The notes under the pieces were generated by a model. That model was not told where the DNA came from, made no database searches, and saw nothing but the letters and a program-made list of their open reading frames with translations. From Macrostomum lignano (taxonomy: Eukaryota), in assembly GCA_002269645.1 (NCBI GenBank), contig NIVC01000177.1, positions 62,001-126,000 of the forward strand: a stretch of DNA of 64,000 nt. The letters are read 5' to 3'. Shown here one piece after another: positions 1 to 11,703 of this stretch. The translations under genes and the position numbers were made by a program. Numbering within the stretch: position 1 is the stretch's first letter; each line of letters begins with the position of its first letter.

Positions 1-245
1 CGCATAGCGGCATAATATTATATAAGTGCGCATTAGTCGCCAAATAATAATTAGCACAGCTATTCAGCTAAAATTAGCAAAACGAATCACAATTGCGAAA
101 GTTTTCTCTGCTCGTGAGAGCCTTAGGGTCAGCTATTTATTATAGCCAGCGAAAACTAAGGGTCTAAGGCTCTATTTTCTAGATAAATATATAGGATTTT
201 TTTAGCTAACCAGTACCTAATTTCATAATAGTCGAATTTGATCGA

Positions 246-1919
246 ATGCTGGCCAACAGGCGGCGTCAGGTGCTCCGTCTGGCCACCTCGGACCAGGCGT
301 GCGAGGAGCTGCCGTTGACTGTCGCTGGCACTCAAAGCCATAGCATCGGCGGTGCCGGCCAGCAGGACGCCTGGCAGCGACTGACAGAGCTGGAGCATCG
401 CCTTCATCAGCCAGTGACCAGCGAACTCATTCAAAATAACAACAATAAGCCTGCTCAAGCTAATACACTGTGCTCAATTTGCCACCAGTTGGACCGTCAT
501 TACCTGGTGTGGCGCCTGCCACCGGAGTCCGTTCGGCTGAGCCCGCAGGTCGGCCCGACCACATCGGAGTGGGCAGGCGCGGTGACTCGGGCAGCTGAGC
601 GGGGCAGTCCGGTGCTGCAGAGCCTCTTTGACGAGCTACAAAACGACAACGGCTCGCTCACTTTCGACCAATCAGAGCCCACCAGCCGTCTTGTAGCCGA
701 CGTTGCCGGCTTCCTCAGCGAGCTGGTCAGCTGTCAGCTGAGTGCCGAGCTGCCCGCAGTGTTCGGCGACGCCTCCGTCACCCTAATCGGCGGCTGGGCT
801 CAGGAGACGGCGCTGGCCAGCGAATTCCCCGTGCTGGACTTTGTGGTCAACCTGCCCGGCTGGGCCAGCACCAGCCGCCTCTGCCTGTGCCAGCTGGCAC
901 CGGGCCGGGCCAACGGAGTCGTCGTGCGGCACCGCGCAGCCGGCCCGGCCCAGCTGGTTGAAGCATCCGCGCCGCACCGGGCCTGCGCGTCCGCCATCGA
1001 AACCGCCGTGCTGCAGCGAGCGCTCGGCCTGCTCGAACAGCAGCGCGGCGGTGCCGGCTGGCGGAGTCGCTTGACGCCAAGCCGCGAGCTCGGCTGGTGG
1101 CGCCAGGCCGGACGGGACTGGCCTGCGGAGGCCGCCCAGCCCAAGCGGCTGCGGCTCAACCTGGCCTGGCGGGGGCCGGACGATGCCGCCGCCCGCCTCT
1201 GCGGCGTCAACGTCTGGTTCGGCGTCCCCGTGCTGTTGATGGTCGGCGGGCCGCCCGAGGCGGAGCAGCGGCAGCTGCGCGGCCACCTCCTGCTGGGCGC
1301 CGGAGAGCCGCGGCTGCTCCGGCTGGCGCTGGAGGAGCGCCGATGGGCGCTGAGCCGCAGCCGCGGCTGCCACGACCCGCTGCCGCTGCTCTGCCGGGCG
1401 GCCAAATTCGTGCTGAAGCTCGGCGAATACCTGGCCGAGGACGTCAGCATGACCGGCGAGCACCGGCGCCAGCCGGATCTGTCGTTCTGCGTCAACTCGG
1501 CGCTGCGCGAGCTGGCGCTGCGTTACGGCGACAGCGGCGTCCGGCAAGAGGCCTTCGCCAAAGGCGCGGGTCTGCAGGACCGCCTGCTGGACCTGCTGCG
1601 GGCGCTGCTCGGATCGAGGCTCAGCCGGGAGGAGCCGGCCGTCTTCACGGAGTCGCTGCGGCTCGGTCTCAGCCAGCAGCAGACGTTGTCCGCATCTGCT
1701 TCGTCAGCGACGCCGCTGTCAGAGTCGACGGTGTCGATCGTGCGGTACCTGGAGCGCGCGAACCAGCTGCCGCAGGGCACGGAGAACCTGCTGCCCACCA
1801 TGCTGCAGTATTTTCAGCTGAAAAACCAGCCGGACCGCCTGCTGCGGGGCGATGAAGACGACAGGCTGCTGGGGCTGGCCACTCAGATCTCCTTCGACCT
1901 GCTGACCCTGTCGGACTGA
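246..1919 (+). CDS. Intronless 557-aa protein, probable divergent Mab-21/cGAS-like (cGLR-type) nucleotidyltransferase-fold protein
   Basis: Long GC-rich ORF with the same codon style as the confirmed genes, flanked by AT-rich DNA. Motif order fits the Mab-21 fold: helix RLVADVAGFLSELV; hG[GS] strand TLIGGWAQETALASEFPVLDFVV; third catalytic strand LCGVNVWFGVPV; then LRLALEERRW..GCHDPLPLLCRAAKFVLK, SFCVNSALRELAL and LQDRLLDLLRALL..AVF. The CDS is well supported; the family call is by eye only. Confidence 0.6.
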   Translation: MLANRRRQVLRLATSDQACEELPLTVAGTQSHSIGGAGQQDAWQRLTELEHRLHQPVTSELIQNNNNKPAQANTLCSICHQLDRHYLVWRLPPESVRLSPQVGPTTSEWAGAVTRAAERGSPVLQSLFDELQNDNGSLTFDQSEPTSRLVADVAGFLSELVSCQLSAELPAVFGDASVTLIGGWAQETALASEFPVLDFVVNLPGWASTSRLCLCQLAPGRANGVVVRHRAAGPAQLVEASAPHRACASAIETAVLQRALGLLEQQRGGAGWRSRLTPSRELGWWRQAGRDWPAEAAQPKRLRLNLAWRGPDDAAARLCGVNVWFGVPVLLMVGGPPEAEQRQLRGHLLLGAGEPRLLRLALEERRWALSRSRGCHDPLPLLCRAAKFVLKLGEYLAEDVSMTGEHRRQPDLSFCVNSALRELALRYGDSGVRQEAFAKGAGLQDRLLDLLRALLGSRLSREEPAVFTESLRLGLSQQQTLSASASSATPLSESTVSIVRYLERANQLPQGTENLLPTMLQYFQLKNQPDRLLRGDEDDRLLGLATQISFDLLTLSD

Positions 1920-2581
1920 TGGGGCCGAAGAAGATTATCTTGCAATTTTGTATTCAGCTATAATTACATCGGAAAGTTGACGGTATAGAAAGAATCAAGT
2001 AGTAATCACAAATCAATAAATATATATACATATTTGCATTCGATTGCGACCAGGTGATTAGAAGTCAAATATCAGAGAGGTACATCTTACGCACAGGTAC
2101 ATTAAAGGTCAATTTGGTACATATATGTATGTCACAATATTTAAACATTAAAAGGAACAAATTCTAGGATAGTTAACAGATAATTATATACTGGGTAACA
2201 GATAATGAGTGTAAGCGTATCTCAGATTTCCAGCTACCGGTTGTACTTTTACAGTTGATTATAAAATGCCTGTTTTTGCATCCCCTCGATATTGTTTGTT
2301 CTTCCTAATTGGTAGCCAGATTACCTCATTATCCTCGTATGGGGGAAATCCCTCAACAGAGATCAGTGAGTAAGATTATCCTTTAAAATTGAAGCTTTGC
2401 TCGAGAAATGCGCCTTTGTATATCCCTTCTGGAAAGCGAGAGACCAATACTCATATCTCAAGGGACGTCGGCATGGATTTTATGATGGAGGGGGCAAGCC
2501 AAGAATTCTACATGCACATGACTAAATTCCTACATGTACATTGTTATGAGAATCAGTGTTCTTAGCACCCTTTTTTGCGCC

Positions 2582-4948
2582 CAGGCACTCATTTTGGCGC
2601 CACAGGCAGGCACTCATTTTAGCGCCACAGACAGGCACTCATTTTGGCGCCACAGGCAGGCACTCATTTTGGCGCCACAGGCAGGCACTCATTTTGGCTC
2701 CACAGACAGGCACTCATTTTGGCGCCACAGGCAGGCACTCATTTTGGCGCCACAGGCAGGCACTCATTTTGGCGCCGCAAGCAGGCACTCATTTTGGCTC
2801 CACAGACAGGCACCCATTTTGGCGCCACAGGCAGACACTCATTTTGGCGCCACAGGCAGGCACCCATTTTGGCGCCACAGGCAGGCACTCATTTTGGCGC
2901 CGCAAGCAGGCACTCATTTTGGCTCCACAGACAGGCACCCATTTTGGCGCCGCAGGCAGACACTCATTTTGGCTCCACAGACAGGCACTCATTTTGGCTC
3001 CACAGGCAGGCACTCATTTTGGCGCCACAGGCAGGCACTCATTTTGGCTCCACAGACAGGCACTCATTTTGGCGCCACAGACAGGCACTCATTTTGGCTC
3101 CACAGGCAGGCACTCATTTTGGCTCCACAGTCAGACACTCATTTTGGCTCCACAGACAGGCACTCATTTTGGCGCCACAGGCAGACACTCATTTTGGCTC
3201 CACAGGCAGGCACTCATTTTGGCTCCACAGGCAGGCACTCATTTTGGCGCCACAGGCAGACACTCATTTTGGCTCCACAGACAGGCACTCATTTTGGCTC
3301 CACAGGCAGGCACTCATTTTGGCTCCACAGGCAGGCACTCATTTTGGCTCCACAGGCAGGCACTCATTTTGGCGCCACAGGCAGGCACTCATTTTGGCGC
3401 CGCAAGCAGGCACTCATTTTGGCGCCACAGGCAGGCACCCATTTTGGCGCCACAGGCAGGCACTCATTTTGGCTCCACAGACAGGCACTCATTTTGGCGC
3501 CACAGGCAGGCACTCATTTTGGCTCCACAGACAGGTACTCATTTTGGCGCCACAGGCAGGCACTCATTTTGGCGCCACAGGCAGACAATCATTTTGGCTC
3601 CACAGACAGGCACTCATTTTGGCTCCACAGGCAGGCACTCATTTTGGCTCCACAGGCAGGCACTCATTTTGGCTCCACAGACAGGCACTCATTTTGGCGC
3701 CACAGGCAGGCACTCATTTTGGCTCCACAGGCAGGCACTCATTTTGGCTCCACAGGCAGGCACTCATTTTGGCGCCGCAAGCAGGCACTCATTTTGGCGC
3801 CACAGACAGGCACTCATTTTGGCGCCACAGGCAGGCACCCATTTTGGCGCCACAGGCAGGCACCCATTTTGGCGCCACAGGCAGGCACTCATTTTGGCTC
3901 CACAGACAGGCACTCATTTTGGCGCCACAGGCAGGCACTCATTTTGGCTCCACAGACAGGCACTCATTTTGGCGCCACAGGCAGGCACTCATTTTAGCTC
4001 CACAGGCAGGCACTCATTTTGGCTCCACAGGCAGGCACTCATTTTGGCTCCACAGGCAGGCACTCATTTTGGCGCCGCAAGCAGGCACTCATTTTGGCGC
4101 CACAGGCAGGCACTCATTTTGGCGCCACAGGCAGGCACTCATTTTAGCGCCACAGGCACTCATTTTGGCGCCGCAGGCAGACACTCGTTTTGGCGCCACA
4201 GACAGGCACTCATTTTGGCGCCACAGACAGGCACTCATTTTGGCGCCACAGGCAGGCACTCATTTTGGCTCCACAGACAGGCACTCATTTTGGCGCCACA
4301 GACAGGCACTCATTTTGGCTCCACAGACAGGCACTCATTTTGGCGCCACAGACAGGCACTCATTTTGGCGCTGCAAGCAGGCACTCATTTTGGCGCCACA
4401 GGCAGGCACTCATTTTGGCGCCACAGGCAGACACTCATTTTGGCGCCACAGACAGGCACTCATTTTGGCTCCACAGACAGACACTCATTTTGGCGCCACA
4501 GGCAGACACTCATTTTGGCTCCACAGAAAGGCACTCATTTTGGCGCCACAGACAGGCACTCATTTTGGCTCCACAGGCAGGCACTCATTTTGGCTCCACA
4601 GACAGGCACTCATTTTGGCTCCACAGACAGGCACTCATTTTGGCTCCACAGACAGGCACTCATTTTGGCTCCACAGACAGGCACTCATTTTGGCTCCACA
4701 GACAGGCACTCATATTGGCGCCACAGGCAGGCACTCATTTTGGCGCCGCAAGCAGGCACTCATTTTGGCGCCACAGGCAGGCACTCATTTTGGCTCCACA
4801 GACAGGCACTCATATTGGCGCCACAGGCAGGCACTCATTTTGGCTCCACAGACAGGCACTCATTTTGGCGCCACAGGCAGGCACCCATTTTGGCGCCGCA
4901 GGCAGACACTCATTTTGGCGCCGCAAGCAGGCACTCATTTTGGCGCCC
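2582..4948. repeat. 25-bp minisatellite (CACTCATTTTGGCGCCACAGGCAGG)n, about 95 units
   Basis: Directly visible 25-bp period with variants GGCGCC/GGCTCC and GGCAGG/GACAGG. One 4-bp-shortened unit near 4150. Confidence 0.97.
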
Positions 4949-5258
4949 TGAAGCAAAATTATTGATTTCCACAACAGTTCAAAAGGTAAAAATAGCATTG
5001 GCATATTCCCCCCACAGCTTTTACTGGGGGGCATGTCATCCCCCCCCCCCCGGTGGCGACGCCCTGCATATCTCTAGTGCATTAATTGATGAAGCATTAT
5101 AGACTAATCTTCTAAAGAGGTTTTACGAGTATTTAGTAGCCTTTAGCCAAAGTTGCAATAATGAGCCCAATGAAAGCAGATTATAGAATTGAAGTCAAGC
5201 AAGACTTCGAAAGTTTCAAAAAGAAGCAGCCATGCGCCGACAGTTGGTGTTTCGGGTG

Positions 5259-5510
5259 TCACTTTCTGAACAGGCAGAAGCAAATGCAGCAGAAGATGAA
5301 TGCCATGCTAATTAGCAGGCTAATTATCAGCACTATCGAAGTGGCCTTCATTCCTTCGGTTGGCGCCGCCTGCGTCTCGTGACCGCCTCCGGCTGTGGTT
5401 GTCGGCGGATTTGTCCGAGCGCCGCCGCCCGATGACTCAGAGGCAGTGCGAGAAACCGCAGTGAGCAGAATTAGAAGCTTTAGAGCTTGAAGAAGATTGC
5501 TCGGCCTCAT
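5259..5510 (-). CDS. Candidate 83-aa type I membrane microprotein (signal peptide, Ser/Thr/Gly-rich stalk, TM helix, Cys cluster, RK stop-transfer)
   Basis: MRPSNLLQALKLLILLTAVSRTA = signal-like; SIVLIISLLISMAFIFCCICFCLF = TM followed by RK and stop. GC-rich island in AT-rich surroundings; TTCAG acceptor-like site 8 nt upstream of the ATG. Confidence 0.5.
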   Translation of the reverse strand: MRPSNLLQALKLLILLTAVSRTASESSGGGARTNPPTTTAGGGHETQAAPTEGMKATSIVLIISLLISMAFIFCCICFCLFRK

Positions 5511-5732
5511 GGCTCCGACTGAATAGTGACCAGTTGGATTGTAAAATTTCCACCTGAACTCTTCTTTCCAGCATCCAACGCGATCTTGCAGGGCGGTGTG
5601 CTGCGAAGGCCGGTTTTCGGGAGGGGATGGTGGCTTAATTAATGATGCAAATTAGCGCCTTGCACCTCATTTCTTGGAACCGTGGGAATTGAGGCGAAAT
5701 AAGATAAGGGCACGTGCAAAACAAAAGAAACT

Positions 5733-7136
5733 GTACCTGGGAGGTACATGTAGAGGTGTCCTACCTGGGATTTACATGTAGAGATGTCCTACCTGGGAGG
5801 TACATGTAGAGGTGTCCTACCTGGGAGGTACATGTAGAGATGTCCTACCTGAGATGTACATGTAGAGGTGTCCTACCTGAGATGTACATGTAGAGGTGTC
5901 CTACCTGGGAGGTACATGTAGAGGTGTCCCATCTGGGAGGTACATGTAGAGGTGTCCTACCTGGGAGGTACATGTAGAGGTGTCCTACCTGGAAGGTACA
6001 TGTAGAGGTGTCCTACCTGGAAGGTACATGTAGAGGTGTCCTACCTGAGATGTACATGTAGAGGTGTCCTACCTGAGATGTACATGTAGAGGTGTCCTAC
6101 CTGGGAGGTACATGTAGAGATGTCCTACCTGAGATGTACATGGAGAGGTGTCCTACCTGGGAGGTACATGTAGAGGTGTCCTACCTGGGATGTACATGTA
6201 GAGATGTCCTACCTGAGATGTACATGGAGAGGTGTCCTACCTGGGAGGTACATGTAGAGATGTCCTACCTGAGATGTACATGTAGAGGTGTCCTACCTGA
6301 GATGTACATGTAGAGGTGTCCTACCTGAGATGTACATGTAGAGGTGTCCTACCTGGGAGGTACATGTAGAGGTGTCCTACCTGGGATGTACATGTAGAGA
6401 TGTCCTACCTGAGATGTACATGTAGAGGTGTCCTACCTGAGATGTACATGTAGAGGTGTCCTACCTGAGATGTACATGTAGAGGTGTCCTACCTGGGAGG
6501 TACATGTAGAGGTGTCCTACCTGGGATGTACATGTAGAGATGTCCTACCTGGGAGGTACATGTAGAGGTGTCCTACCTGGGAGGTACATGTAGAGATGTC
6601 CTACCTGAGATGTACATGTAGAGGTGTCCTACCTGAGATGTACATGTAGAGGTGTCCTACCTGGGAGGTACATGTAGAGGTGTCCTACCTGGGAGGTACA
6701 TGTAGAGGTGTCCTACCTGGGAGGTACATGTAGAGGTGTCCTACCTGGAAGGTACATGTAGAGGTGTCCTACCTGGAAGGTACATGTAGAGGTGTCCTAC
6801 CTGAGATGTACATGTAGAGGTGTCCTACCTGGGAGGTACATGTAGAGATGTCCTACCTGAGATGTACATGGAGAGGTGTCCTACCTGGGAGGTACATGTA
6901 GAGGTGTCCTACCTGGGATGTACATGTAGAGATGTCCTACCTGAGATGTACATGTAGAGGTGTCCTACCTGGGAGGTACATGTAGAGATGTCCTACCTGA
7001 GATGTACATGTAGAGGTGTCCTACCTGGGAGGTACATGTAGAGGTGTCCTACCTGGGAGGTACATGTAGAGGTGTCCTACCTGGGAGGTACATGTAGAGC
7101 TGTCCTACCTGGGAGATACATGTAGAGGTGTCCCAC
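5733..7136. repeat. 28-bp minisatellite (CTGGGAGGTACATGTAGAGGTGTCCTAC)n, about 50 units
   Basis: Visible 28-bp period; each unit holds the palindrome TACATGTA; variants GGGAGG/GAGATG/GGAAGG. Confidence 0.97.
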
Positions 7137-7752
7137 ATGGTTCGTATTCTTAGAGGTGAGCACAATTTAACAAAGAGCATCTATGTATACGTTAAAGACT
7201 GTGAATACAGCGAGTCATGCAATACCGCTCTACCTAAGTCTCCATGCTTGAATGCCAGAATAGACATTGATGGACTGACTCAGGACTACTAAATTTTCTT
7301 ATGTAGTGGAACTTCGCCCCCAACAAACTTGTTTTCTGCATGCCTCTAGTCTGTCCACTTCGTGCCAAGATTTGATGGGGCTTTTCCCACGACTCGTTTC
7401 CAGTCCAGCGGAATTCTATACATGTTTATAGGAGTCCCTGGACTTTAACCCCTGGGATTTAGCGGCAGACAACAGCTGTTCCAGCCTTAGCTGGGTGGGT
7501 GGGGGTGTTGAGCTCTGAGGGACTCTGGTTTTTGTACGAGTAGAATATCGCGCTATATTGGAAGCCATACCGGATAGCCCAATAAACAATTGAAGATTGT
7601 CCGGAATGGGACCTGGGGATCCAGGGGTGCGCCAGATTTGGAATATTTGTGGTTTCATTTAAGTCAGAAACTTCCCAGAATTGAATTAACTCTCTGCCAG
7701 ATAAGTCAGTTGGCGGAGAGCATAAATAAAATGAAAACTATAAAAGACTGAG

Positions 7753-10700
7753 GTGTGAGACAGTGAGAGAGGTGTGAGACAGTAAGAGAGGGAGAGACAG
7801 AAGGGAGAGAGGGAGAGACAGAAGGGAGAGAGGGAGAGACAGAAGGGAGAGAGGGAGAGACAGAAGGGAGAGAGGGAGAGACAGAAGGGAAGAGAGGGAG
7901 AGACAGAAGGGAGAGAGGAAGAGACAGAAGGGAGAGAGGGAGATACAAAAGGGAGAGAGGGAGAGACAGAAGGGAGAGAGGGAGAGACAGAAGGGAAGAG
8001 AGGGAGAGACAGAAGGGAGAGAGGGAGAGACAAAATGGAGAGAGGAAGAGACAGAAGGGAGAGGGAGAGACAGAAGGGAGAGAGGAAGAGACAGAAGGGA
8101 GAGAGGAAGAGACAGAAGGGAGAGAGGGAGAGACAGAAGGGAGAGGGAGAGACAGAAGGTAGAGAGGGAGAGACAGAAGGGAGAGAGGAAGAGACAGAAG
8201 GGAGAGGGAGAGACAGAAGGGAGAGAGGGAGAGACAGAAGGGAAGAGAGGGAGAGACAGAAAGGAGAGAGGGAGAGACAGAAGGGAGAGGGAGAGACAGA
8301 AGGGAGAGGGAGAGACAGAAGGAGAGAGGGAGAGACAGAAGGGAGAGGGAGAGACAGAAGGGAGAGAGGGAGAGACAGAAGGGAAGAGAGGGAGAGACAG
8401 AAAGGAGAGAGGGAGAGACAGAAGGGAGAGGGAGAGACAGAAGGGAGAGGGAGAGACAGAAGGGAGAGAGGGAGAGACAGAAGGGAGAGGGAGAGACAGA
8501 AGGGAGAGAGGGAGAGACAGAAGGGAAGAGAGGGAGAGACAGAAAGGAGAGAGGGAGAGACAGAAGGGAGAGGGAGAGACAGAAGGGAGAGGGAGAGACA
8601 GAAGGGAAGAGAGGGAGAGACAGAAGGGAAGAGAGGGAGAGACAGAAAGGAGAGAGGGAGAGACAGAAGGGAAGAGAGGGAGAGACAGAAGGGAGAGAGG
8701 GAGAGACAGAAGGGAGAGGGAGAGACAGAAGGGAGAGGGAGAGACAGAAGGGAGAGAGGGAGAGACAGAAGGGAGAGGGAGAGACAGAAGGGAGAGGGAG
8801 AGACAGAAGGGAGAGAGGGAGAGACAGAAGGGAGAGAGGGAGAGACAGAAGGGAGAGAGGGAGAGACAGAAGGGAGAGAGGGAGAGACAGAAGGGAAGAG
8901 AGGGAGAGACAGAAGGGAGAGAGGAAGAGACAGAAGGGAGAGAGGGAGATACAAAAGGGAGAGAGGGAGAGACAGAAGGGAGAGAGGGAGAGACAGAAGG
9001 GAAGAGAGGGAGAGACAGAAGGGAGAGAGGGAGAGACAAAATGGAGAGAGGAAGAGACAGAAGGGAGAGGGAGAGACAGAAGGGAGAGAGGAAGAGACAG
9101 AAGGGAGAGAGGAAGAGACAGAAGGGAGAGAGGGAGAGACAGAAGGGAGAGGGAGAGACAGAAGGTAGAGAGGGAGAGACAGAAGGGAGAGAGGAAGAGA
9201 CAGAAGGGAGAGGGAGAGACAGAAGGGAGAGAGGGAGAGACAGAAGGGAAGAGAGGGAGAGACAGAAAGGAGAGAGGGAGAGACAGAAGGGAGAGGGAGA
9301 GACAGAAGGGAGAGGGAGAGACAGAAGGGGAGAGGGAGAGACAGAAGGGAGAGGGAGAGACAGAAGGGAGAGAGGGAGAGACAGAAGGGAGAGGGAGAGA
9401 CAGAAGGGAGAGAGGGAGAGACAGAAGGGAGAGGGAGAGACAGAAGGGAGAGAGGGAGAGACAGAAGGGAAGAGAGGGAGAGACAGAAAGGAGAGAGGGA
9501 GAGACAGAAGGGAGAGGGAGAGACAGAAGGGAGAGAGGGAGAGACAGAAGGGAAGAGAGGGAGAGACAGAAGGGAAGAGAGGGAGAGACAGAAAGGAGAG
9601 AGGGAGAGACAGAAGGGAAGAGAGGGAGAGACAGAAGGGAGAGAGGGAGAGACAGAAGGGAGAGGGAGAGACAGAAGGGAGAGGGAGAGACAGAAGGGAG
9701 AGAGGGAGAGACAGAAGGGAGAGGGAGAGACAGAAGGGAGAGAGGGAGAGACAGAAGGGAGAGAGGGAGAGACAGAAGGGAGAGAGGAAGAGACAGAAGG
9801 GAGAGGGAGAGACAGAAGGGAGAGGGAGAGACAGAAGGGAAGAGAGGGAGAGACAGAAGGGAGAGAGGGAGAGACAGAAGGGAGAGAGGGAGAGACAGAA
9901 AGGAGAGAGGGAGAGACAGAAGGGAGAGAGGGAGAGACAGAAGGGAGAGAGGGAGAGACAGAAGGGAGAGAGGGAGAGACAGAAGGGAGAGAGGGAGAGA
10001 CAGAAGGGAGAGAGGGAGAGACAGAAGGGAAGAGAGGGAGAGACAGAAGGGAGAGAGGGAGAGACAGATAGGAGAGAGGGAGAGACAGAAGGGAGAGAGG
10101 GAGAGACAGAAGGGAGAGAGGGAGAGACAGAAGGGAGAGAGGGAGAGACAGAAGGGAAGAGAGGGAGAGACAGAAGGGAGAGAGGGAGAGACAGAAGGGA
10201 GAGAGGGAGAGACAGAAGGAAGAGAGGGACAGACAGAAAGGAGAGAGGGAGAGACAGAAGGGAGAGAGGGAGAGACAGAAGGGAGAGAGGGAGAGACAGA
10301 AGGGAGAGAGGGAGAGACAGAAGGGAGAGAGGGAGAGACAGAAGGGAGAGAGGGAGAGACAGAAGGAAGAGAGGGACAGACAGAAAGGAGAGAGGGAGAG
10401 ACAGAAGGGAGAGAGGAAGAGACAGAAGGGAGAGAGGGAGAGACAGAAGGGAGAGAGGGAGAGATAGAAGGAAGAGAGGGAGAGACAGAAGGGAGAGAGG
10501 GAGAGACAGAAGGGAGAGAGGGAGAGACAGAAGGGAGAGAGGGAGAGACAGAAGGGAGAGAGGGAGAGACAGAAGGGAGAGGGAGAGACAGGAGAGAGGG
10601 AGAGACAGAAGGGAGAGGGAGAGACAGAAGGGGGAGAGGGAAAGACAGAAGGGAGAGGGAGAGACAGGAGACAGGGAGAGACAGAAGGGAGAGGGAGAGA

Positions 10701-11148
10701 CAGAAGGGAAGAGAGGGAGAGACAGAAAGGAGAGAGGGAGAGACAGAAGGGAGAGAGGGAGAGACAGAAGGGGAGAGAGGGAGAGACAGAAAGGAGAGAG
10801 GGAGAGACAGAAGGGAGAGAGGGAGAGACAGAAGGGAGAGAGGGAGAGACAGGAGAGAGGGAGAGACAGAAGGGAGAGAGGGAGAGACAGAAGGGAGAGA
10901 GGGAGAGACAGAAGGGAGAGAGGGAGAGACAGAAGGGAGAGAGGGAGAGACAGAAGGGAGAGGGAGAGACAGAAGGGAGAGGGAGAGACAGAAGGGAGAG
11001 GGAGAGACAGAAGGGAGAGAGGGAGAGACAGAAGGGAGAGAGGGAGAGACAGAAGGGAGAGAGGGAGAGACAGAAGGGAGAGAGGGAGAGACAGAAGGGA
11101 GAGAGGGAGAGACAGAAAGGAGAGAGGGAGAGACAGAAGGGAGAGAGG
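7753..11148. repeat. Purine-rich 19-22 bp minisatellite (GAGGGAGAGACAGAAGGGAGA)n, about 3.4 kb
   Basis: Almost pure G/A strand with a 21-bp core unit. It generates the spurious ERGRDRR and SLSPFCL ORFs. Confidence 0.97.
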
Positions 11149-11703
11149 GCGAGGGAAAGCAGTGAGCTGAGATGGAAGTCAAGTAGAATGAATAAGTAAG
11201 AAGCATTCACTGCTAAGTATACTCACAAATAAGTATATCCTGGCAAACAGTCAGCAGTCAACAGTCAACAGGATGCACTGAACGCGTAGACAAAGTAGGG
11301 CAAGACTGGCGGCTGGAGGGAGCAGCTTAGCAGAAATGGCTGCAGCAGCAAAAGCATCAATTGTTTTATAGCAGCAAATCTTGCAGCTATTATTGCCCTC
11401 CCTCTGTAGCCGCCTGTTGGATGGTAGGCAATTTTTAGCGAGACAGAGAATAAGGATTTAAACTGGTGCAGGCACGGGGGAGCGGGGAGCTTAGGATGTA
11501 GCATGAATAGGAAACAAGACGGGGATGGTGAAGTGTTGAGAAGAATTTGAATGAAGGCCCAGACTGCCCCCCCCCCCCCCCCCCCAGCTGACAGTGCAGC
11601 TGTGGGGACTGAGTTAGGAGGGAGAGTGGCCAGGGTCTGCTTCACAATTAACTAAAAGCGAGTTATAAATATTCATTTTGGAGCATTATTACCGGGTACT
11701 TGG

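Noticed and set aside
783-1855. Overlapping antisense and alternative-frame ORFs over the 557-aa gene (similarly over NOMO, MPI and ADAP exons)
   Set aside because: Expected shadows of very GC-rich coding DNA; Ala/Arg/Pro-rich with no motifs.
2534-5102. Long ORFs of 487-848 aa on +
   Set aside because: They arise from a stop-free 25-bp satellite unit that is open in all frames; there is no coding signature. Kept only as a low-interest note.
7150-7700. Unique moderately GC segment with an 80-aa minus ORF between two satellites
   Set aside because: No recognisable motif in any frame; cannot support a gene or TE call.
7686-11210. ORFs of 377-1174 aa (SLSPFCL / ERGRDRR repeats)
   Set aside because: Artefacts of the GA-rich satellite, which lacks stop codons on both strands.
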